Source: an uncultured Spirochaetaceae bacterium (lineage in GTDB: Bacteria; Spirochaetota; Spirochaetia; SZUA-6; Bin103). From it: a stretch of DNA of 53,175 bases. The stretch covers positions 1 through 53,175 of the forward strand of contig CAZTZA010000001.1 of NCBI GenBank assembly GCA_964618015.1. Reading direction: 5' to 3'. The position numbers and the translations under genes are program-made. A model generated the notes under the pieces. The model saw only the letters and a program-made list of their open reading frames with translations. It ran no database searches and was not told the DNA's origin. Positions 35,753 to 43,347 of the stretch are shown piece by piece; the stretch's first letter is position 1, and each line of letters begins with the position of its first letter.

Positions 35753-36478
35753 ATGCTCCTAGTTCCACGGCCGATCACGCTCGGCAAGTTAAATTGCTTG
35801 ATTGTCGCGCCAAAGGCCTGCAGGGCAACTGGACTGGCTGTCTTTTGCCATGGATACGGTGCTCCTGGCGACGATCTAGTGTCGCTATCCACCGAAATAC
35901 TACATAGTGTGAAAGGAATTGCATTACTTTTTCCAAGTGCACCAATTTCGCTTGCCGAAGAGGGAATATTAAACGGTCGGGCGTGGTGGCCCCTCAATCT
36001 TTCGCGGCTGCAAATGGGGCTTCCGCTCGATATGAACGAGCTAACAGAACGCGAACCGGCGGGCTCAGCTGAAGCGACTGCTCTGTTACGAGTAGCCATT
36101 GATGAGTGTGGAGATCTATTGCAGCTTGCGTCGCAAAACATTGTTCTGGGAGGATTTTCCCAGGGAGCGATGGTGGCCGCGGACTGTGCATTCCGTTCTG
36201 GAAAAGTCTGGGGAGGCCTCTGTCTCCTCTCTGGAGCGCCACTTCGGCTTAGCGAATGGCGGCGCGAGGCTGAGGCGCTCTCTGGGCGGCCGGTTTTGCA
36301 AACCCACGGGCGGACTGATCCCGTGCTTCCATTCTCTGGTGCGGAGGCAATACGTAATACATTGACAGCGGCTGGAATGAAAGTTGACTTCCGTCCTTTT
36401 GCCGGCGGCCATACCATCCCACCTGTTGTCTCAACATCGTTGCCAGCCTTTTTGCGTTCCGCCTGCGGGATAGGCTGA
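35753..36478 (+). CDS. Alpha/beta hydrolase, phospholipase/carboxylesterase family
   Basis: 241 aa. It has the FCHGYGAPGDDL, GGFSQGAM (GxSxG nucleophile elbow), THGRTDPVLPF and GGHTI triad pattern. Confidence 0.8.
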   Translation: MLLVPRPITLGKLNCLIVAPKACRATGLAVFCHGYGAPGDDLVSLSTEILHSVKGIALLFPSAPISLAEEGILNGRAWWPLNLSRLQMGLPLDMNELTEREPAGSAEATALLRVAIDECGDLLQLASQNIVLGGFSQGAMVAADCAFRSGKVWGGLCLLSGAPLRLSEWRREAEALSGRPVLQTHGRTDPVLPFSGAEAIRNTLTAAGMKVDFRPFAGGHTIPPVVSTSLPAFLRSACGIG

Positions 36479-36500
36479 AAAGCTCTGGTCGAAGATAGTT

Positions 36501-36716
36501 TCAGTCGGAGTTCTGAGTAGCTGGACGAGCGAGCAAATGGAGGACTCCCTGCACGACCGCGTCTATCACGAACCATGTAACAAGGAATGCTATGCATTCC
36601 AGCGCGAAGTTGTGGAATTTGTAGAAGACCGCCGCGATCAAGAAGGAAGTTCCCATAACGGGAAGTTGACGCGCAAGGGCTACTTGGGCGCCAAGGGCTT
36701 TGATTAATTGAAACAT
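36501..36716 (-). CDS. Hypothetical small two-TM membrane protein
   Basis: 71-aa ORF filling an otherwise empty 331-nt gap, with two hydrophobic helices (GTSFLIAAVFY..., CIAFLVTWFVIDAVV). No family recognised. Confidence 0.35.
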   Translation of the reverse strand: MFQLIKALGAQVALARQLPVMGTSFLIAAVFYKFHNFALECIAFLVTWFVIDAVVQGVLHLLARPATQNSD

Positions 36717-36809
36717 TACATAACCTCAGACACAGACCGTAGCCTGCATCATCATCGGACCACCAGCTACTAATGAGCTGGAAGCGTCTCGGCATGGTAA
36801 CATTATCGC

Positions 36810-37823
36810 GTGTTACCAGCCGAGAAAGTCGAACTTGATATTAATGACGTCACTCTCACTAGGATGGGGCTTGGTGGAGCTCCTTTAGGCTACCCTCATA
36901 CTAAGGCAGCTGACAGTGCAGTCGAGGAGATAATCACCACAGCCTGGCAGGAAGGCATCCGCTACTTCGATACTGCTCCCCGGTATGGCACCGGGCTTTC
37001 GGAGCAGCGGATAGGAAACGTTCTGCGCGGTATGCCTCGGGATGAATTTACTATATCCACGAAGGTAGGTTTTCTGCGTGAACCACATCAACCTAAGCGC
37101 GCAGAGCAGGGTCGGGTCGAGCGGAGCTGTGACTTCTCGCGTGACGGCGTGCTGCGATCGTTAGAGGAAAGCTGTGCCCGGCTACAAACGGACCGTATCG
37201 ACATCGCGTTGATTCATGACCCGGACTATTCACCAGACGACCCCGAAGGTGATCCAAGTCAAGCTACAGGCGACCATTTTCGCGAAGTGATGGAGGGCGC
37301 GTATCCTGCCCTTAGCGATTTGCGTGATCAGGGAGTGGTACGGGCTATAGGAATCGGTATGAACCAATGGCAGATGCTGCTTAAGTTTGCGCACGAGGCC
37401 CAGTTTGATTGCTTTATGCTCGCTGGCCGTTATACGTTGCTGGATCAGACGGCGCTGTCAGAACTGCTGCCGGAGTGCAATGAACGCGGTATTTCAATCA
37501 TTCTGGCATCGGTATTCAACTCCGGAATTCTAGCTACCGGACCGTATACTGAGACCACCTTTAACTACGCGCCAGCTAACCTAGAGGTGAAGGAACGCAC
37601 GCGCGGGTTAGATGCGGTTTGTTCTCGCCATGGGGTGGCGTTGCCGGCGGCGGCACTACAGTTCCCGTTAGCTCATCCGGCAGTAGCTGCGGCTGTGGTG
37701 GGAGCACACACCGCCAATGAGTTAGAGGCCGACCTTCGGCACTTCTCCGTTTCTATCCCTGATGCCTTCTGGCGGGAGATCGGGCAGCGCGAGCTGATCA
37801 ACCCCGAAGCTCCCGTACCGTAG
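36810..37823 (+). CDS. Aldo/keto reductase
   Basis: 337 aa with a GTG start. It has GLGGAPLG, FDTAPRYG, the IDIALIHDPD pattern and AAALQFPLAHPAV. Confidence 0.85.
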   Translation: MLPAEKVELDINDVTLTRMGLGGAPLGYPHTKAADSAVEEIITTAWQEGIRYFDTAPRYGTGLSEQRIGNVLRGMPRDEFTISTKVGFLREPHQPKRAEQGRVERSCDFSRDGVLRSLEESCARLQTDRIDIALIHDPDYSPDDPEGDPSQATGDHFREVMEGAYPALSDLRDQGVVRAIGIGMNQWQMLLKFAHEAQFDCFMLAGRYTLLDQTALSELLPECNERGISIILASVFNSGILATGPYTETTFNYAPANLEVKERTRGLDAVCSRHGVALPAAALQFPLAHPAVAAAVVGAHTANELEADLRHFSVSIPDAFWREIGQRELINPEAPVP

Positions 37824-37842
37824 TCACTATTTAACCGATTTA

Positions 37843-39015
37843 ATGCAACGGTTACGCCTCTTCGTTTTCTCTATCGGTCATTTTTGCGTTGATTCGTATG
37901 CAACCATGTTGACTCCAGCGCTGCCTTTTATCCGCGATCAGCTAGATCTTAGTTTTGCTCAGATCGGTCTTTTAGGTACTTTCGTACAACTTAGCAATCT
38001 AGGTCAGCCGTTACTAGGCATCCTGGGAGACTACCTACGCGGCCGCTGGCTCATTGCTACGGGTATTGTTCTAGCGGCTGTATTTGCTCCACTCATAGGC
38101 TTAGCTCCTACCTTCGGCTGGTTAGTGCCGTGTGTTATGTTGGGCGGTCTGGGGGTTGCTGCTTTCCATCCCAGTGCGTTTGCCCTTGCCGGCGACCTAG
38201 GTGGGGAAAGGCGCGCATTTGGCCTAGCCCTTTTTATATTCGGAGGTACGATGGCACTAGCAGTTTCTCCGTTGTGGGTGCCAGCTGTGATATCGACCTT
38301 TGGATTTGGTGCACTACCGCTAGCGACGATCCCGGGGTTACTGATGTTGCCGTTCGTGATTGCCATAATCCCTGCCCGCACGACGCCACGGCCAGCGCTA
38401 CCGGCGCGACTAGCAGAATTTCGTGGAGCAATAGCGCCGATTAGCATTATCGTGGCGGTGGTGATCGTGAGATCAATGGGTGGTTTCGGATTCGCTTTTT
38501 TTCTGCCATTGCTTGGCCAGGAGCGGGGACTGTCAATTTTATCTTGGGGCATAGCTTTGAGCGTATACAATCTTTCTGGTGTCATAGGAAGCCTGATTTT
38601 GGGATATCTTGCCGACCGGAGAGACCCTAAGCCCCTAGTTCTCGGATCACTAGTGTTATCGACGCCGTTCATGTTGTTGGCGCTCAGTACGGACGGATTG
38701 CTGCCGCTCATAATGCTGTCGTTGGGAGGGGTCATGGTGTTCGCCACTAACTCCATCTTGGTAGCAATGGTACAGCAATACGCTCCCACAAACGCGGGAT
38801 TCGTATCTAGTCTTCCGGGTGGCTTTAGCTGGGGAGTGGCCGGGTTGACCATGCCTCTATTCGGACTGATGGCTGATATTTATAGTGTGCAAGGAGTGAT
38901 GCGTATCATGGCTCTACTGCCGCTTGTCGCGGCAGTGGTAGGCATTTTTCTGCCGCAGCGGGTGACTCCAAGTGGAAACGTGCAGAATTCAGGACCGGAG
39001 GTCACAGGTGGCTGA
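37843..39015 (+). CDS. MFS transporter (Fsr-like pattern)
   Basis: 390 aa with about 12 TM segments. The N-terminus IGHFCVDSYATMLTPALPFI resembles fosmidomycin-resistance-type MFS proteins. Confidence 0.75.
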   Translation: MQRLRLFVFSIGHFCVDSYATMLTPALPFIRDQLDLSFAQIGLLGTFVQLSNLGQPLLGILGDYLRGRWLIATGIVLAAVFAPLIGLAPTFGWLVPCVMLGGLGVAAFHPSAFALAGDLGGERRAFGLALFIFGGTMALAVSPLWVPAVISTFGFGALPLATIPGLLMLPFVIAIIPARTTPRPALPARLAEFRGAIAPISIIVAVVIVRSMGGFGFAFFLPLLGQERGLSILSWGIALSVYNLSGVIGSLILGYLADRRDPKPLVLGSLVLSTPFMLLALSTDGLLPLIMLSLGGVMVFATNSILVAMVQQYAPTNAGFVSSLPGGFSWGVAGLTMPLFGLMADIYSVQGVMRIMALLPLVAAVVGIFLPQRVTPSGNVQNSGPEVTGG

Positions 39016-40162
39016 CGAATTGATCTTGCGCTATGGCACAAACCCGCACCAAAGGCCGGCACGAATTGTTTGTGAGGATGGTCCGCTGCCATTTGTCGTT
39101 CTCAATGGCGCACCGGGCTACATTAACCTTCTAGATGCGCTGAACGGTTGGCAGCTAGTGCAAGAACTCCGTACAGCAACTGGTTTGCCCGCAGCTGCAT
39201 CCTTGAAGCATGTAAGTCCTGCTGGCGCCGCGGTTGCCGTTCCGTTGACGGAAGACGAGCAGGTATCTTGCTTTGCATCGCAGGATCTGAGCGAGCCGGC
39301 TATCGCGTATGCACGTGCCCGCGGTACGGACCGGGTCTCATCTTACGGAGACTGGATAGCTCTTAGCGATCCGGTGGATGAAACGACGGCTACCCTCGTC
39401 CGGCCTGAGGTTTCGGATGGTATCATCGCTCCCGGTTATGAGCCCGAAGCTTTCAAAATCTTGAAGGCAAAGAAGGGAGGCAATTATCATGTAATCGAAG
39501 TTGACGCCAGATATCGACCGCCTCAAGCCGAACGGCGTACGGTCTTCGGCCTGACCATGGAGCAACCTCGTAACGAACAGGCGTTTGATGAGGAGATGAT
39601 ATCTGTTCCGGATTTGCCAAAAGATATACAGCGTGACCTTAAGGTGGGCTTGATCACTCTTAAGTACACGCAGTCAAACTCAGTATGCTTGTGTTCGCGC
39701 GGACAGACGATCGGTGTAGCTGCTGGTCAACAATCACGAATCGATTGCACACGGCTTGCCATTGCCAAAGCGCGTACGTGGCTATTGCGTCAGCATCCAC
39801 AGGTACAGGCACTGCGCTTTAAGTCCGGTGTGAGGCGCGCTGATCGTGACACGACGATCGCTTGCTTTGCAGGCCGCGGCCTGCGAGGTCCGGACGGAGA
39901 TGCTCTCGCAACCCTGCTCCAGGAGCGGCCGGACCCGATTTTTGCCCGGGAGGAGCGACGCTGGATCAGCTGTTTCTCGTCGCTTAGTCTGTGCTCGGAC
40001 GGGTTTCTTCCGCACCGTGATAACGTCGATGTAGCTGGAGGCTTTGGCGTACGCTACATTGCGCAACCAGGCGGATCGAACTTTGATAAAGAGGTAGGGG
40101 TCGCCTGTGCCGAACATGGTATCACTATGCTAAAGACCGGATTCAGGCTCTTTCATCACTAA
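39008..40162 (+). CDS. Stand-alone AICAR-transformylase-domain protein (PurH C-terminal-domain homologue, no IMP cyclohydrolase/MGS domain)
   Basis: The GTG at 39008 (VADELILRYGTNPHQ) overlaps the MFS stop by 8 nt; the track ATG at 38972 lies inside the MFS gene. Motifs are YGTNPHQ, GYINLLDA, ASLKHVSPAGAA, GVAAGQQSRIDC and FLPHRDNVD...IAQPGGS. Confidence 0.75.
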   Translation: MADELILRYGTNPHQRPARIVCEDGPLPFVVLNGAPGYINLLDALNGWQLVQELRTATGLPAAASLKHVSPAGAAVAVPLTEDEQVSCFASQDLSEPAIAYARARGTDRVSSYGDWIALSDPVDETTATLVRPEVSDGIIAPGYEPEAFKILKAKKGGNYHVIEVDARYRPPQAERRTVFGLTMEQPRNEQAFDEEMISVPDLPKDIQRDLKVGLITLKYTQSNSVCLCSRGQTIGVAAGQQSRIDCTRLAIAKARTWLLRQHPQVQALRFKSGVRRADRDTTIACFAGRGLRGPDGDALATLLQERPDPIFAREERRWISCFSSLSLCSDGFLPHRDNVDVAGGFGVRYIAQPGGSNFDKEVGVACAEHGITMLKTGFRLFHH

Positions 40163-40246
40163 CCAAAAGCTGTCTTGGAGGCCTGCCGTACTTTTCGTTA
40201 CGTTGCGGTTGATGATATAGGGCGTTAGGTTTACGAGGTCTATCGC

Positions 40247-41239
40247 ATGCAGGGGATAATTTGTGCTGATCAGGTCGAGAAGCAATTTGGTGCTGTTCAT
40301 GCGCTGAAGGGAGTCAGCCTAGATATCAAGCAGGGCATAATCTACGCTCTCCTAGGTCCGAACGGAGCTGGAAAAACGACACTGATTCGCATCTTGACAA
40401 CGTTGTTGAAGCCTGACCGAGGTTCAGCCACCGTTGCCGGCATTGATGTGGTGCGAGATCCGACCGCTGTCCGTAACCGGATCGGGCTTGCCGGCCAATT
40501 TGCCGCTGTAGACGAGTACCTTACTGGTCGTGAGGCCGTGGAAATGGTTGGTCGTCTTTTTAACTTAAACGCACGAACAGCTCGCGATCGCGCTGCTGAG
40601 GTTTTGGAGAAAATTTCGTTGGCGGCAGACGCTGACCGTCTAGTGCGCACCTATTCGGGAGGGATGAAACGGCGTCTCGACCTCGCTGCTTCACTTGTGG
40701 GGCGACCCGACATTCTGTTCCTTGATGAACCAACCACGGGCATTGATCCACGCAGTCGCATTGACGTTTGGGAGCTAATCAGGGATCTGGTCAGTTCAGG
40801 AACGACACTGCTGCTAACAACGCAGTATCTAGACGAAGCTGACCAACTTGCCGACCGGATAGGGGTTATTCATGAAGGAAGGCTCATCAGCGAAGGAACG
40901 GGCAACGAGCTGAAAGATCGACTGGGTGGTGCAGTGATTCAAGTGGAGGTCGCTGATGCGAAACAGGAGGCCGCCCGGAAAGCGTTGCGAGCGGATGCTG
41001 GTATAGGAGGGACTATAACTCTTCCCGCTCCCGCGGGGTCACGTTCGTTGATAGATGCGGTCCGTACACCCGACGCCGCTGGTATTAACCCCACGGACAT
41101 TGGTCTTCGCCGTCCAACACTGGATGACGTATTTCTTGCATTGACTGGTAGTACCACCTTCCCACAGGCAGATTCGAACCATATTGACACCAGAGGGCCT
41201 CGTAAGCGTGAGCGTAGCCGGCGGGGAAGAAGAAAGTAA
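40247..41239 (+). CDS. ABC transporter ATP-binding protein (DrrA/ABC-2 type)
   Basis: 330 aa. It has Walker A GPNGAGKTT, signature YSGGMKRRL and Walker B ILFLDEPT, with an Arg/Lys-rich C-terminal tail. Confidence 0.9.
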   Translation: MQGIICADQVEKQFGAVHALKGVSLDIKQGIIYALLGPNGAGKTTLIRILTTLLKPDRGSATVAGIDVVRDPTAVRNRIGLAGQFAAVDEYLTGREAVEMVGRLFNLNARTARDRAAEVLEKISLAADADRLVRTYSGGMKRRLDLAASLVGRPDILFLDEPTTGIDPRSRIDVWELIRDLVSSGTTLLLTTQYLDEADQLADRIGVIHEGRLISEGTGNELKDRLGGAVIQVEVADAKQEAARKALRADAGIGGTITLPAPAGSRSLIDAVRTPDAAGINPTDIGLRRPTLDDVFLALTGSTTFPQADSNHIDTRGPRKRERSRRGRRK

Positions 41240-42081
41240 TGGATCAGGTACCATTCAAGCGGCATCAAGCTAGCGTTTCCTTGAGCCAGGCGGTAAAAGA
41301 CACGGTAGTAATCGTCCGACGCAATTTGTTGCGTGTCCTCCGTCTACCACAGGTTCTAGTGTTTTCGACGGTGCAGCCGGTGATGTTCCTGATACTTTTT
41401 AACTATGTGTTTGGTGGTTCAGTCGGACGGACAATTCCAGCCGCGGCAGGCGGCGAATACATCAATTGGCTGTTGCCAGGACTATTGTTGCAAGTAGCTG
41501 CGTTTGGCGCGACACAGACATCAATGGGACTAGTTGAGGACCTCAAGAACGGTGCTATTGATCGTTTCCGCTCGCTCCCCATGGCACGTTCTGCTGTATT
41601 GGCTGGCCGGACTGTTGCAGATTTGTTGCGGAACGCCTTTGTCATCACGCTTGTCGTTGCGTTGGGCTACGTACTCGGTTTCCGACCACAGACTTCTTTT
41701 TTGGGACTGGTCGGTGGAATATTAGTCGTAATGGCATTTGCATTTGCATTCTCTTGGGTGACCGCTACCGTTGGTCTCGGCGTGAAGAATGCTGAAGCTG
41801 CACAAACCGCGTCTTTTTTACCGATATTTCCACTAGTGTTCGCTAGTTCGATATTCGTACCGGCCTCAACGTTGCCGGATTGGCTCCGGGTATTTGCTGA
41901 CCATCAACCAATCACCCGCACTGCCAACGCAGTGCGAGGTCTGGTTTTAGGAGAGGCTGCCCTTGCGAATGGTCAAACAGTTGCTGGAGAAGTAAGCGGC
42001 GCCCTCTTGTGGGCGCTATGCATTATAGGGGTGGCAGCGCCGCTGGCAGTACGTGTCTATCGACGTGCCGCAAGCATGTAA
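41239..42081 (+). CDS. ABC-2 type transporter permease
   Basis: 280 aa with about 6 TM segments and a TAATG overlap with the ATPase gene. Confidence 0.85.
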   Translation: MDQVPFKRHQASVSLSQAVKDTVVIVRRNLLRVLRLPQVLVFSTVQPVMFLILFNYVFGGSVGRTIPAAAGGEYINWLLPGLLLQVAAFGATQTSMGLVEDLKNGAIDRFRSLPMARSAVLAGRTVADLLRNAFVITLVVALGYVLGFRPQTSFLGLVGGILVVMAFAFAFSWVTATVGLGVKNAEAAQTASFLPIFPLVFASSIFVPASTLPDWLRVFADHQPITRTANAVRGLVLGEAALANGQTVAGEVSGALLWALCIIGVAAPLAVRVYRRAASM

Positions 42082-43110
42082 TTAGATCTTGCTTGCTATG
42101 ATGAGGCTAAGCTCGGCCATTCGGTGGGAGAAGCCAGCCTCGTTATCATAGAAGCTGGTTGCCTTTAGCAACGTGCTGTCACCAACGGGGATCGCCAGAA
42201 GGTCTTCACGTATCATCGAGGAATAGGGTTCCCCTACACAATCGCGTGAGCACTCGTAGTAGTCGCCTAGGTAGGCAACCTGACCTAGTATCGTCGACTT
42301 ATTCATGGCATCGATATTGGACCGCATTGCCGCCATGACCGTCGCCTCGTCGTGGTGTCCTTCAATCAGAAATACCGCCTCTACAACACTGCCGGTATCA
42401 GTAGGAACCCGCAGAGCTGTACCGTTGAGCTTGCCTTCCAAGTGCGGCAGCACCTTTCCAACAGCCTTGGCGGCTCCTGTAGTTGCAGGAATTATGTTAT
42501 TCATCGTCGCTCGATTCTTACTACCTCCGAAGGCATCCACAACTTTCTGGGTGGAGGTGGCAGCGTGTGTCGTACTCATTAGTCCAGAAATGATTGGAAA
42601 CGAACGATCGATTGCGGCTGCCAAGGGAGCCAGACAATTGGTAGTACAGCTAGCGTTAGACACAATAATTTCTTCTCCAGTAAGGGACTCATGGTTGACG
42701 CCTACTACCACAGTCGGGGTGTCGTCATCGCACGGGGCTGAAATAATAACTCGCCGAGCGCCAGCGCGGAGGTGATCGGCGCTGCGCTCTTGGTTCAGGT
42801 AGAATCCGGTGCATTCGAAGACCACATCAACAGCGTGGTCGCCCCAGGGAACACACGACGCATCCTTTTCGCCATAGATTGCTACCTGATGGTTGCCGAT
42901 TTGAAGATTGTTACCGGAACTACGTTCCACGGGCACCGGGAAGCGACCGTAGACAGAGTCTCGGGGAAGGCTGCCAGCTATATCATCGACCGCAACCAAG
43001 TCGTTTCCAGCTACGATCTCGAATTTATCAGGAAGACGTCCTAGGATAACGCGCATTACGTTTTTTCCAATACGGCCCATTCCATTGAATCCGACTCTGA
43101 TCTTTTCCAT
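42082..43110 (-). CDS. gap: Type I glyceraldehyde-3-phosphate dehydrogenase
   Basis: It has GFNGMGRIGKN and the active-site SNASCTTNCLAP. The ATG at 43110 (MEKIRVGFNG) is preferred over the TTG at 43149. Its stop abuts the convergent permease stop with 0 nt between them. Confidence 0.9.
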   Translation of the reverse strand: MEKIRVGFNGMGRIGKNVMRVILGRLPDKFEIVAGNDLVAVDDIAGSLPRDSVYGRFPVPVERSSGNNLQIGNHQVAIYGEKDASCVPWGDHAVDVVFECTGFYLNQERSADHLRAGARRVIISAPCDDDTPTVVVGVNHESLTGEEIIVSNASCTTNCLAPLAAAIDRSFPIISGLMSTTHAATSTQKVVDAFGGSKNRATMNNIIPATTGAAKAVGKVLPHLEGKLNGTALRVPTDTGSVVEAVFLIEGHHDEATVMAAMRSNIDAMNKSTILGQVAYLGDYYECSRDCVGEPYSSMIREDLLAIPVGDSTLLKATSFYDNEAGFSHRMAELSLIIASKI

Positions 43111-43347
43111 TGCTTTAGCAACAATAGGAGGTTGTGGTTGTATCAACAACTGCTCAGGGAAATTTATGATTATTGAATGGCCTGTGGTTTAACTCAGTTG
43201 AACATTTTGCAAGATGCGGCTGAATGTCTATGACGAGTGGTGCTCAGGTTGTATTATCCAGCTTGGAGAGCAGGATTACGATCGTAGATGGCGTTTTTCA
43301 GTTGAGCAGGTTGGATACGGAATCTGCTTGGAGTAATCTCTACTTTC

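Noticed and set aside
35746-36795. 349-aa minus-strand ORF spanning the whole esterase gene and beyond
   Set aside because: It is Arg/Ser/Pro-rich and low-complexity, with no recognisable motif. It lies exactly antisense to a well-supported alpha/beta hydrolase (GFSQGAM, HG..D, GGH), which is the typical shadow ORF of a GC-biased coding strand.
38031-38852. 273-aa minus-strand ORF inside the MFS transporter gene
   Set aside because: It is a Pro/Arg/Asn/Ala-rich antisense shadow of a 12-TM transporter, with no domain signature.
42082-43110. GAPDH next to DrrAB-like and MFS exporters as a self-resistance copy, as in pentalenolactone- or heptelidic-acid-type clusters
   Set aside because: No terpene synthase, P450 or other biosynthetic genes are nearby. 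The active-site region (SNASCTTNCLAP) looks ordinary. Whether a second gap gene exists cannot be judged from this window.
43111-43347. Moco or other riboswitch upstream of the Mo-hydroxylase gene
   Set aside because: I could not find the conserved Moco-motif stems or loops, or any extended conserved-looking structure, in the 237-nt region by eye. An Infernal scan would be needed to exclude it.
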